From assembly GCA_022736375.1 (NCBI GenBank), contig DZCE01000002.1, forward strand, positions 732 through 64,731: a stretch of 64,000 nt of DNA, in the 5' to 3' direction. This DNA comes from Arcobacter nitrofigilis (GTDB taxonomy: Bacteria; Campylobacterota; Campylobacteria; Campylobacterales; Sulfurovaceae). The notes below the pieces were generated by a model, which was not told the origin of the DNA, did not search any database, and saw nothing but the letters and a program-made list of their open reading frames with translations. Position numbers and translations under genes: made by a program. Positions 1-8,165 of this stretch are shown here, piece by piece; position 1 is the stretch's first letter, and the number at the start of each line of letters is the position of its first letter.

Positions 1-905
1 TAGTATCATTATCTTTTGTGCCATTTATTTTAGTCGTGGCCGGGTAGAAGATATCGCTTAATATATTAGTACTATTATACTTTATGTAATTTATTTTATC
101 CTTTATGCCGTCTAATTTAGCATCGATTGTATCGGGAACGATTCTTAATATATCAGCACTTTTATCCTTTATATCATTTACTTTAGCATTGATTTTATTA
201 GGGATATAGTTTATTATATCAGAACCTTTATCTTTTAAGTCCTGTATCTTATTATCTACATTCTTTAATTTAGAATCGGCCACGGTACCGTAGGTTTCTA
301 TTTTATCCTTTATATCATTTACTTTAGCATTGATTTTATTAGGGATATAGTTTATTATATCAGAACCTTTATCTTTTAAGTCCTGTATCTTATTATCTAC
401 ATTCTTTAATTTAGAATCGGCCACGGTACCGTAGGTTTCTATTTTATCCTTTATATCATTTACTTTAGCATTGATTTTATTAGGGATATAGTTTATTATA
501 TCAGAACCTTTATCTTTTAAGTCCTGTATCTTATTATCTACATTCTTTAATTTAGAATCGGCCACGGTACCGTAGGTTTCTATTTTATCCTTTATATCAT
601 TTACTTTAGCATTGATTTTATTAGGGATATAGTTTATTATCTCCGAAACTTTATCTTTTAAGTCCGGTATTATACCATTTGGGTCATCCAGTTCGTCAGC
701 GATTGCATATGGAATATAGTTTAGTATATCGGAACTTTTATCTTTTAGGTATCTTATTTTGGAATTGATTACTTCGTTATATGTCGCTATAGTATCCTTT
801 ACGTTATTCACCTTGGTTTCAATTGCATTTGGAATATAGTTTAGTATATCGTAACCTTTATCCTTTATGTCTTGTATTTTTTCCTTAAAGTGTCCTATTT
901 TAGTA
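1..905 (-). repeat. Degenerate array of at least 8 KDKxSDI(I/L)NYIP-type 40-47-aa repeats surrounding the perfect copies
   Basis: Hand translation gives IQDIKDKGYDILNYIPNAIETK (~880-815), IRYLKDKSSDILNYIPYAIADE (~760-700), IPDLKDKVSEIINYIPNKINAK (~665-600), three perfect copies, NDIKDKSADILRIVPDTIDAK (178-119) and DGIKDKINYIKYN (~110-70). The array continues to the window edge. Confidence 0.85.
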
Positions 906-3900
906 TCTATAATATTTGGTCCGAAGTCTAACGCATTAGTACCGCCATGCGTTCTCGTATTTGTTAGTGGGGTGTCGACTATATGACTATAATTAGATTT
1001 TTTATCAACTATGTTATTATTAGTCACATCACTTGTAGAATCTAAGGTGCTCCCCTCGCGAATATTGTTAATTTTCGGTTTAACAACACTATCTTCTTTT
1101 AGGAACGCCGGCATCTTGTCCATACCATAATAGCTGACAATTTGCGGTATCCCTAATAACGTGGCTGTTAGTTTGTTCTTATCAGCTATCGTAGGGGCCT
1201 CTTTTATCTTCTTCATAAGATCATTATAGGTTGTTTTAACCCATGATGTAACCTTATCAGACGCGACACTTTCACTATCGACAGGTTCTGGGATTTTCTT
1301 ATCTTCTCCTATTGATTTGAATAATGTTTTATTACTATTATACAGCTCCGTATTCTTGTTTTTTTCTTTGATCTGATTATTAATTCCTATTTTCTTATAT
1401 TTATCTATTCTGGATATAGCCTGATCTAGACTTAAGTTAGCTTTTATATCCTCGACTTTACGCATAGCCTTATCAGTCTTGTCGTCCATTTTTCCTATTA
1501 CAACGTGGGTATGAATGGCTTTCGCGAGGTCATCTCCAAACACAGGTATATATTTGACTACCCCTTCTAACGCTACTAAACCTTTAGTAGTTACGGATAA
1601 ATCTTTGTTTTTTATGTCCGTGAATATTTTAGTTGCCGTATATGCTATACCACCTGCGGCGGCAGCTAAAGCTATTCGTAATGCACCTTTCGCTCCTAAT
1701 GAGTTAGCTAATCCCGAAAGTCCTTGATTTAATCTACTCATCGTTTGAGTGAGCCTGTTACTACTACTTGTAGCATTTCTAGTTCTTCGTCGTCTTCTAG
1801 AGGCACTTGACCCTATGCCACTACCACCGAAACCTAACCCCCTCGGTAGCCTGGATAACGCCACTATACCGGCGACACCAGCTAACATGGTGGTAGCTAT
1901 CTTGCCGGCGACACCAGTTAATAGACTAAACCCACCCTTTACTATGCTCCCGACTCCACCTAGTAGTCCGAATAATTTACTAAATATGTTCTTTTCTTTT
2001 TTCTTGTCTTTCTCACAACAAGCTTCTATTATAATTTTGTCTTCGCCCACACGGCTTGTTAGGCGCTCTCGCCATCCATTAGTTCTGAGTCCATTTCCGT
2101 TGTTACTCTTAGTATTTAGTTTATCAGCCACAACAGTCAATTTAGATACCAAGTCCACTACTCCAATTGTAGATAACAAATCTCGCATTCTATTCTGGAA
2201 TGATTCAGTTATATCACTTCTTCTTCCAACCGTTGAACTTATTATATCATCTATTGCAGTCAAGTGTAATGGGCTAGCATTATCTCGTGTAAAGAGTCTA
2301 AATTTACGTATCACCGTCGGATTAAGATAATCATAATCGGTGATTATCATTTTCTTCAGTTCATCTATATCTTTTGCTTGATAGAAATCACTTACTAGTA
2401 ATTGTCTTAATTTATCTATGTCTAGTAGATCCTCTTCTCTGGTTATAATAGATGAGAATATGCCAGATTTCCCGACAGTGTTTTCGAAGTCGACTAATCT
2501 ATCTCTAGCCGTTGTAAATTCATGATCAGATGTCGGTAATGTTATTCTTGTCGACAATGAGGCTACTATTTGGTCGATATCTATTGTCGAGAACGGATCT
2601 GGCGTGATAGAATAGTTTAATAAACCGCGTATTTTAATTATCCTCATTGGATCTAGGAGATCGGTTTCCGTTTTAACTAGGTCGGCCATACTTGTGCCAT
2701 ATATCGACGATACAGGACCACCATTCAGTAATGCCAGTTTATAGTTATCGATTATTGACGAATTATGTAGGTCGTCTGGTGTGCTAAACAAATCTGCTAT
2801 GTAACTGTAACTAGTGGATCTTAGTTTAAAAATAGCCCTTCTGAATTGTAGTCCGCGCTGAGCATCGTAGTCTATAACAATCGGCTTAGCTAAATTATTT
2901 ACAACCTTTCTGAATTTTCTGTCTGTTAACCATCTACCTATCCTCTTAAATATTCCACCTTTATCCACACCATACATTATCGCGCTTTCTAACTTTGATA
3001 TTTTTAGTGGATTGAGCAGATCGATCGGTTTACGTATCTCATTTCTTATTAGATAGCTTGGTGATAATCCAGCCAAGATATGGGAGTAACGGTGTCCTCC
3101 AGATAGTACACTAAGTTTATAGTTATCGATGATAGACGTTTTATATAAATCATTAGGATTAGAGAATAAATCGGCGATATAGTCAAAGCCGGTGGATCTT
3201 AATCGCAATATAGCTCTATTAAAGTCTGCTGTTCTCATAGCTAATGAATCAGTAAGTACTGGGGTTTCTAATTCTTTAACAACTTTTCTGAATTTGAAGT
3301 TTCTCCAAATTCGTCCAACTCTCTCGGATACAGTGCCACCAATTGGAGCTATACTATATACTATTGCTTTGTTTAGTAGATCTATTTTGATTGGATCAAG
3401 TATATCTATTGGTTTAGTTATCTCGTTAGCTATAATTATCGGTGGTGGAGTCGGTGGAATCGGACCGGCTAATGGGTCGGCTATTCCCAACACTTCAAAT
3501 TTATATTTTCGTATTGTTTTTAAGTCATATAGATCTTTTTCTCTGCTAAAAAGAGAGGCAATCCCAGTATATCCAGCACTGATCAATTTCATTTTAGCTC
3601 TTGTAAACTCCATATGTCGTCTGGCTGCCGAATCCATTACGACCGGTTTTGCTAATTCAGCAACTACATCTTCGAATTTTTTACCTCTCCACCATCTACC
3701 TATTTTAGCAAAAATGCTTTTACCAGGGGTTAGAATAGCATTTTTTAAGTCATCAAAGTAGTAGGGATTTAGCAGTTTAGTTGGTTCATTCCCTAATATA
3801 TCGTCTACTGTCCGTGGTGTCCATCTTTTATACGTTGTAATTTTAGATCTGTTAGTGTTATATTCTTCGTCAACAATGAAATCCCTAAGTTTATTAGCCT

Positions 3901-6589
3901 TTCTTAAATCAAATAATCTCCTCCAGGCCGTTCCACTATCGAGTCCCGTGATTCCGTCGGCATATAAGTTTATCAAGAATGTGCTTATCCTTGTATCGTA
4001 TTCACCTGAACGTAGATCCCTTAGTCTATTTTCGAACTTAGTTTTTAATCCGTCAGGTCCTACGACGTTATGTCGCCATAAAAATAATGTATACCATCTA
4101 CGTTCATCTACCCAACCGAGTACCTTCTTAACTGCCCACCAATTGAGACCTCGTACTTTTTTCCTAAAAGACCTAAATATAACACTTGCTTTATTATAGA
4201 GAAACTCTCTATATAGTTCAAATTTATCTATATTTAATAAGTCAACTGGGTTACTATATATATCCTCTATTCTTGTAGGTATAATGACTTCTTTTTTGAG
4301 TACGTCCAGGCCAAGTAAAGCTTTCTCCCTTAGAGAATGGGCCGTTAATACATTGAGAGTATCTTCCGGGGATACTATCTCTTCAGATATCAAACCTCTT
4401 TTGTCGATTGAATCTTCTTCGGCTATAAGTATCTCTCTGGCTCTTAAGAATCTTTTGGTAAAGTAATTCGATAACTTAGATTTACTAATATTATCTAACT
4501 CTTTTGTTACTGGACTAAATTTACTAATAGTCTGTTCTATTGGATTATCTTTACTAATAGTTTGTTCTATTGGATCATCTTTACTAATAGTTCGTTCCGT
4601 TAGATTAAAGTTATTAATAGTTTGTTTTATCGGACTATCGCTATTAATAGTTTGTTCTAATGGATTATCTGTCTTCGATCCAGCAATATTAGACTTAGAC
4701 GTAGCCGATACTGAATCATTTCCCTTATCAATATATTTAAATATCGAATCTGTATATCTTTTCGCGACATGGTCTTTTCGAATACCAGTCTTCCCGGTAT
4801 CGTTGTTATATTCTAATATGTTGTTTTTGATAAGTTGAGACTTACTATACTTATTAATTACATCGTCTGATAGTTTGATTCTATCCTTTAACGATGAGAT
4901 CTCAGAACTAATATTTATTAAATCGTCCACAGAGGAGGTTTTTATAAGATGTTGTAGATACTCGACCACCTCTTTATTTTTATTTCCGGATATTCCAGCA
5001 TAGAACTCTTCATTATCCATATCTCGTATATCCGGCGAACCACCTTTGGCTACCCATATCGTCAAGACCTCTATAAACTCACGTTTCGTACTTTCTTTGA
5101 AAGATTTTACGTCATCCTTAACTACTAGCTGATTATGTATGTTTTTAATAACGGATGTTATTCCTAATTTATTACTATCTCGAAGCATTGTGGAATCAAT
5201 GTTATTCCCTATTTTCGTCATAGTTGTAAATGTGTTACTTTCGTAGTCATACGTTGCTAACTCATTACTTTCCGAGGAGTCCCTCATTAGAGTAACTTCT
5301 CTTAGAATCCTACTCAATAATCCAGGTATTACGTCCGTGATTGTTTTCTCTGTTTTTATAGAGAATATCGCACCCTCGTTGAGTTCTTTTTCGTCAAGTA
5401 CTTCACTATTTATAACACTCTCGGCACTAAGAAGTTTAGCTAGAGATTTATATCCTTTATTTATAGTACTGCCCGATTCGTAACCTTCTGCTTTTTCGTC
5501 AAAGAATCTTTCTGGATTCAACCACATAAGTCTGGCTTTATTTATAACATCTTTCCCGACATCTGTTTGTTTAATAATCTTACCTAATTTATTGCTAATA
5601 GCTTGTTTACCGACCCCGGTTAGGGACATTGCCGCCAAATCTGCTTTGGTCATCCCCATACTGGCTAGTTGCTCGGCTTGATCGATACCATTCTCAAGCA
5701 TAGATGAGCCGGTTAACATTAGATCTTTTAGTTTATTTTTACCATTAGTAATTCTTTTCGCTAGAGCGCTCTGCCACGCTGTCTGTGTACTGAAATAATC
5801 CACCGTCGATTTAACTGCGTTAGATGTAACAGTTTGTGCGGCCATCTCACTGAGATTAATCTTACTAGTCTCAGGTAGACCAGTGTTCTTTAATATACCT
5901 CTTAGTACATCAGTTATATTAGTGAATATCTCACCATGATACGTAGTTTGTTTTCTAAGCAAGTATACGGAACGATAATTCAATTCCAGCGACTTTCTAT
6001 AGTAGGTCGCTGTTTGCGATACCTGGAAGATCCGCATCTCGCGCATCTCACTGGCCATGATGGATAATAATTTTACCTGGCTCTGTGTACCACCTCTAAT
6101 TAGGTTTTGGGTATCTTTTGTGGTAGCTAAGTTATTAGCGGCGAATAGGTCATTAATTTTATTTCTTATCGACTCCTTTTCTACTTCCTCTTCGGATAAT
6201 CTTGGTGTAGATATACTTCGCTCTTCAATAAGAAGTTCTGTTATTCTATCTTTAAAGCTACCGTCCGGTATATATCCTTTAACAGATTTAAATCCGGACT
6301 TTCCGAGTTCTTTTAATGGTTCCTTTAAATCGTCTAAGGCGGATGATAGTAAGTCTTTTGCGTTATCAAGGTCCGAAAAGTTATCTCCTAGTTCAGGCAT
6401 AGATGATTTAACTATATCCATTACATCGCCTGCTGGATCTAGTGTTAGATTATCTACTGTCTTGGTAGCTACATTCGCACCAAATGATAAAACAGGATTA
6501 CGGTCATTACTAATATCTTCGCCGTTTAACAAACTCTGGTCAAAATCATTATCAAAGCTGAATTCATCTATATCGTCAAATTTTGCCAT
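1..6589 (-). CDS. Giant virion/tail-type protein, N-terminal >2196 codons; C-terminus lies beyond the left edge (candidate tape-measure / injection / tail-lysin-type protein)
   Basis: ATG at 6589-6587 with an AAGGAAAA SD. The frame (first codon bases = 1 mod 3) was hand-translated and is open at 6589, 4549, 3694, 3307, 2932, 2026-1739, 1018-900, 439 and 178-2. No other minus-strand ORF >=60 aa is listed over 6.6 kb, and the plus-strand ORFs here are L/S-rich shadows. A Gly-rich hydrophobic segment LFGLLGGVGSIVKGGFSLLTGVAGKIATTMLAGVAGIVAL (about 1855-1975) is followed by RRRRR. Confidence 0.8.
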   Translation of the reverse strand, partial: MAKFDDIDEFSFDNDFDQSLLNGEDISNDRNPVLSFGANVATKTVDNLTLDPAGDVMDIVKSSMPELGDNFSDLDNAKDLLSSALDDLKEPLKELGKSGFKSVKGYIPDGSFKDRITELLIEERSISTPRLSEEEVEKESIRNKINDLFAANNLATTKDTQNLIRGGTQSQVKLLSIMASEMREMRIFQVSQTATYYRKSLELNYRSVYLLRKQTTYHGEIFTNITDVLRGILKNTGLPETSKINLSEMAAQTVTSNAVKSTVDYFSTQTAWQSALAKRITNGKNKLKDLMLTGSSMLENGIDQAEQLASMGMTKADLAAMSLTGVGKQAISNKLGKIIKQTDVGKDVINKARLMWLNPERFFDEKAEGYESGSTINKGYKSLAKLLSAESVINSEVLDEKELNEGAIFSIKTEKTITDVIPGLLSRILREVTLMRDSSESNELATYDYESNTFTTMTKIGNNIDSTMLRDSNKLGITSVIKNIHNQLVVKDDVKSFKESTKREFIEVLTIWVAKGGSPDIRDMDNEEFYAGISGNKNKEVVEYLQHLIKTSSVDDLINISSEISSLKDRIKLSDDVINKYSKSQLIKNNILEYNNDTGKTGIRKDHVAKRYTDSIFKYIDKGNDSVSATSKSNIAGSKTDNPLEQTINSDSPIKQTINNFNLTERTISKDDPIEQTISKDNPIEQTISKFSPVTKELDNISKSKLSNYFTKRFLRAREILIAEEDSIDKRGLISEEIVSPEDTLNVLTAHSLREKALLGLDVLKKEVIIPTRIEDIYSNPVDLLNIDKFELYREFLYNKASVIFRSFRKKVRGLNWWAVKKVLGWVDERRWYTLFLWRHNVVGPDGLKTKFENRLRDLRSGEYDTRISTFLINLYADGITGLDSGTAWRRLFDLRKANKLRDFIVDEEYNTNRSKITTYKRWTPRTVDDILGNEPTKLLNPYYFDDLKNAILTPGKSIFAKIGRWWRGKKFEDVVAELAKPVVMDSAARRHMEFTRAKMKLISAGYTGIASLFSREKDLYDLKTIRKYKFEVLGIADPLAGPIPPTPPPIIIANEITKPIDILDPIKIDLLNKAIVYSIAPIGGTVSERVGRIWRNFKFRKVVKELETPVLTDSLAMRTADFNRAILRLRSTGFDYIADLFSNPNDLYKTSIIDNYKLSVLSGGHRYSHILAGLSPSYLIRNEIRKPIDLLNPLKISKLESAIMYGVDKGGIFKRIGRWLTDRKFRKVVNNLAKPIVIDYDAQRGLQFRRAIFKLRSTSYSYIADLFSTPDDLHNSSIIDNYKLALLNGGPVSSIYGTSMADLVKTETDLLDPMRIIKIRGLLNYSITPDPFSTIDIDQIVASLSTRITLPTSDHEFTTARDRLVDFENTVGKSGIFSSIITREEDLLDIDKLRQLLVSDFYQAKDIDELKKMIITDYDYLNPTVIRKFRLFTRDNASPLHLTAIDDIISSTVGRRSDITESFQNRMRDLLSTIGVVDLVSKLTVVADKLNTKSNNGNGLRTNGWRERLTSRVGEDKIIIEACCEKDKKKEKNIFSKLFGLLGGVGSIVKGGFSLLTGVAGKIATTMLAGVAGIVALSRLPRGLGFGGSGIGSSASRRRRRTRNATSSSNRLTQTMSRLNQGLSGLANSLGAKGALRIALAAAAGGIAYTATKIFTDIKNKDLSVTTKGLVALEGVVKYIPVFGDDLAKAIHTHVVIGKMDDKTDKAMRKVEDIKANLSLDQAISRIDKYKKIGINNQIKEKNKNTELYNSNKTLFKSIGEDKKIPEPVDSESVASDKVTSWVKTTYNDLMKKIKEAPTIADKNKLTATLLGIPQIVSYYGMDKMPAFLKEDSVVKPKINNIREGSTLDSTSDVTNNNIVDKKSNYSHIVDTPLTNTRTHGGTNALDFGPNIIDTKIGHFKEKIQDIKDKGYDILNYIPNAIETKVNNVKDTIATYNEVINSKIRYLKDKSSDILNYIPYAIADELDDPNGIIPDLKDKVSEIINYIPNKINAKVNDIKDKIETYGTVADSKLKNVDNKIQDLKDKGSDIINYIPNKINAKVNDIKDKIETYGTVADSKLKNVDNKIQDLKDKGSDIINYIPNKINAKVNDIKDKIETYGTVADSKLKNVDNKIQDLKDKGSDIINYIPNKINAKVNDIKDKSADILRIVPDTIDAKLDGIKDKINYIKYNSTNILSDIFYPATTKINGTKDNDT
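160..640 (-). repeat. Perfect in-frame tandem repeat, 141-bp unit x 3.4 (units start at 160, 301, 442 and 583)
   Basis: Copies 160-300, 301-441 and 442-582 are base-for-base identical, and 583-640 is identical up to the divergence point. Each unit encodes the 47-aa sequence IETYGTVADSKLKNVDNKIQDLKDKGSDIINYIPNKINAKVNDIKDK in the giant-ORF frame. Confidence 0.95.
2560..3760 (-). repeat. Three tandem divergent ~125-129-aa coding modules inside the giant ORF (approximate bounds)
   Basis: Anchor strings are KIGRWWRGKKFEDVVAELAKP (W codon 3692-3694), RVGRIWRNFKFRKVVKELETP (3305-3307) and RIGRWLTDRKFRKVVNNLAKP (2930-2932). Spacings are 387 and 375 bp. Each is followed by a ...LRSTxxxYIADLFSxPxDL...IIDNYKL block. 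Confidence 0.8.
4521..4670 (-). repeat. 30-bp x 5 in-frame tandem repeat (decapeptide DNPIEQTISK family)
   Basis: The string TTACTAATAG / TTATTAATAG / CTATTAATAG recurs at 4521, 4551, 4581, 4611 and 4641. The units translate as DNPLEQTINS, DSPIKQTINN, FNLTERTISK, DDPIEQTISK and DNPIEQTISK. Confidence 0.9.
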
Positions 6590-6617
6590 AATATTTTCCT
6601 TTTTTTGTTTATGTGTA

Positions 6618-6623
6618 AGTCAA
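6618..6623 (-). promoter_or_regulatory. Promoter-like core TTGACT; T of TGA is 33 nt upstream of the giant-ORF ATG
   Basis: Preceded by TTTTTTATTTTTC and the terminator hairpin. Member of the recurrent wTGAww family. Confidence 0.35.
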
Positions 6624-6624
6624 G

Positions 6625-6663
6625 AAAAATAAAAAAGTGGAGTGATTAATCACTCCACTTTTT
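6625..6663 (-). terminator. Intrinsic terminator between the 143-aa gene and the giant ORF
   Basis: Palindrome GTGGAGTGATT/AATCACTCCAC (6637-6658) is extended by A/T pairs. On the minus strand it is followed by TTTTTTATTTTT. The stop TGA of 6650-7081 lies inside the stem. Confidence 0.7.
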
Positions 6664-7081
6664 CATCATTAAAGTAGTGTCGAAATAGTATCAACCATCT
6701 GAGTGTTAATAGTATAGGCATCCTTCTTAATACATATTTTGTTCTTAGATCGGATAGAAAACTTAATATTGTACCATTTAAAATACGTTCAGATCGTAAC
6801 ATATAGTCTATAACGCTGTATTCGTTTTTCCTTATTAGATTGTCTAGCAATAGAGAAGATAGATCTAATATATTAATTATCTCTGAAAAGAAATTAGATT
6901 TTTCTATATCGTCTATTAACTCTTCGTAGACGTGTCTCGAGAATATAAGTACGTGTTTTTTACTATACTTATCCAGGAGTTCTATAAATCCAATATCTTT
7001 CGGCGCTGTTTTTAAACGTTTCTTTATCTCCTCTATAGCGAGAAGATTTGCCCCTATTAATCCTTTGAAACTATTTTGCAT
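6650..7081 (-). CDS. hypothetical protein, 143 aa
   Basis: ATG 7081 preceded by a GGTGAGGG SD. Overlaps the upstream gene by 25 nt. The stop TGA lies inside the terminator hairpin. No motifs recognised. Confidence 0.7.
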   Translation of the reverse strand: MQNSFKGLIGANLLAIEEIKKRLKTAPKDIGFIELLDKYSKKHVLIFSRHVYEELIDDIEKSNFFSEIINILDLSSLLLDNLIRKNEYSVIDYMLRSERILNGTILSFLSDLRTKYVLRRMPILLTLRWLILFRHYFNDEKVE

Positions 7082-7746
7082 AATCCCTCACCACCTTTAT
7101 TTGGTCTTTTTATCACAGATGACACATATTTTATATCCCCATGCGTTATAATGAAGATCAACTCGATAGTACTCATCTCCATTGTTAGTATACTTAGGAT
7201 ATTTATAAACGATTTCATTGTTAAATTCTTTTTCATAACAGTCTTTACTTCGTTTTTTCTCCAACCACATATAGTCGTGTCGCCATTGTCATACGAATAT
7301 ATAGTATTAATTCGTATATCAACATCCTGTATCTCCTTATTGAAAATACCTATAATATTTCTCATAAGTCTAGTTAATAGAGTAGATCTGGATTTACTAT
7401 CATTCGCAACAACCGAACTCGTTATTACAATTCCATGTGTATCGCCAAGATTAGTGATACACTCCAATTTAAAGTCATCTCCTAAATATAGCTCTATGAA
7501 ACTATTAAAAGATTGTAGAGTGAACGTCGGGTTCATGAGAACGGAAATAGCTTGTGATTTTGTCCATCCGTTAAATTTCTTTTTTAGTAGAAATCTATTT
7601 TGAATGGTTCTAGTTAGATTTCTACTAAGACTTATTTGTCTGATAAGTGTCATTAATACCTTTTTAAGCATACCTCCGGCAGATTGTTCTATCGACGACG
7701 ATAATAGTCTATCTAGAAATTCATCATCGTCTTTAGGTTTTGCCAT
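7057..7746 (-). CDS. hypothetical protein, 229 aa
   Basis: ATG 7746 with an AGGAGG SD. Overlaps the upstream ORF by 34 nt. The plus-strand ORF 7076-7603 is its antisense shadow. Confidence 0.7.
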   Translation of the reverse strand: MAKPKDDDEFLDRLLSSSIEQSAGGMLKKVLMTLIRQISLSRNLTRTIQNRFLLKKKFNGWTKSQAISVLMNPTFTLQSFNSFIELYLGDDFKLECITNLGDTHGIVITSSVVANDSKSRSTLLTRLMRNIIGIFNKEIQDVDIRINTIYSYDNGDTTICGWRKNEVKTVMKKNLTMKSFINILSILTMEMSTIELIFIITHGDIKYVSSVIKRPNKGGEGLCKIVSKD

Positions 7747-8123
7747 AATGTCGTCCTCCTAAATACTCTTTTTTTTGTTTTAATCAATGGATCTAAATGT
7801 TTTAACACCTCTTTGGTCTTGACCAGTATACACACCATGGGATATGGTATAATGTACATATCCGGCTCCGTCTTATTAACCCAAATATCTAATAGATTAT
7901 AGTACTTTTCTATACCCATCAAATATTCTTGTGTCTCACTAGGAGTACTTTGATGTACGAATATGACTACATATTCGTATCTAAATTTACTCATCTGAAT
8001 TAATTCAAGAGGATCCGCATCAGTGTCCTTCAGTTCATACACTTTCTCCAACCATAAATATAGGTCATATATTCCCTTATTATCATATGTGGGGACTTTG
8101 GTATATTTATATTTATATCTCAC
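7713..8123 (-). CDS. hypothetical protein, 136 aa, GTG start
   Basis: GTG 8123 is preceded by AAGGGAG 4-5 nt upstream and is the only start near the 5' end of the ORF. Confidence 0.6.
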   Translation of the reverse strand: MRYKYKYTKVPTYDNKGIYDLYLWLEKVYELKDTDADPLELIQMSKFRYEYVVIFVHQSTPSETQEYLMGIEKYYNLLDIWVNKTEPDMYIIPYPMVCILVKTKEVLKHLDPLIKTKKRVFRRTTLWQNLKTMMNF

Positions 8124-8165
8124 TCTACTCCCTTAAGTTATATTTCAATAGTATAATATGTAGGT

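Noticed and set aside
160-640. The tandem 141-bp repeats as a possible CRISPR array or non-coding satellite.
   Set aside because: There are no unique spacers and the units abut directly. The length is a multiple of 3, and the repeats translate without stops in the same frame as the 6.6-kb ORF.
6618-6623. The TTGACT/TTGATA cores read as sigma-70 -35 boxes of host-type promoters.
   Set aside because: The cores lie only 24-36 nt from the start codons, so a 17-bp spacer plus a -10 box would overlap the Shine-Dalgarno sequence. No consistent TATAAT is found at the required spacing.
1515-6632. Six plus-strand ORFs of 60-193 aa (1515-1727, 1749-2330, 3192-3761, 3855-4199, 4284-4466, 6057-6632).
   Set aside because: They lie antisense to the verified giant minus-strand ORF. 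Their translations are L/S/F/I-rich low-complexity shadows, and none has a Shine-Dalgarno sequence.
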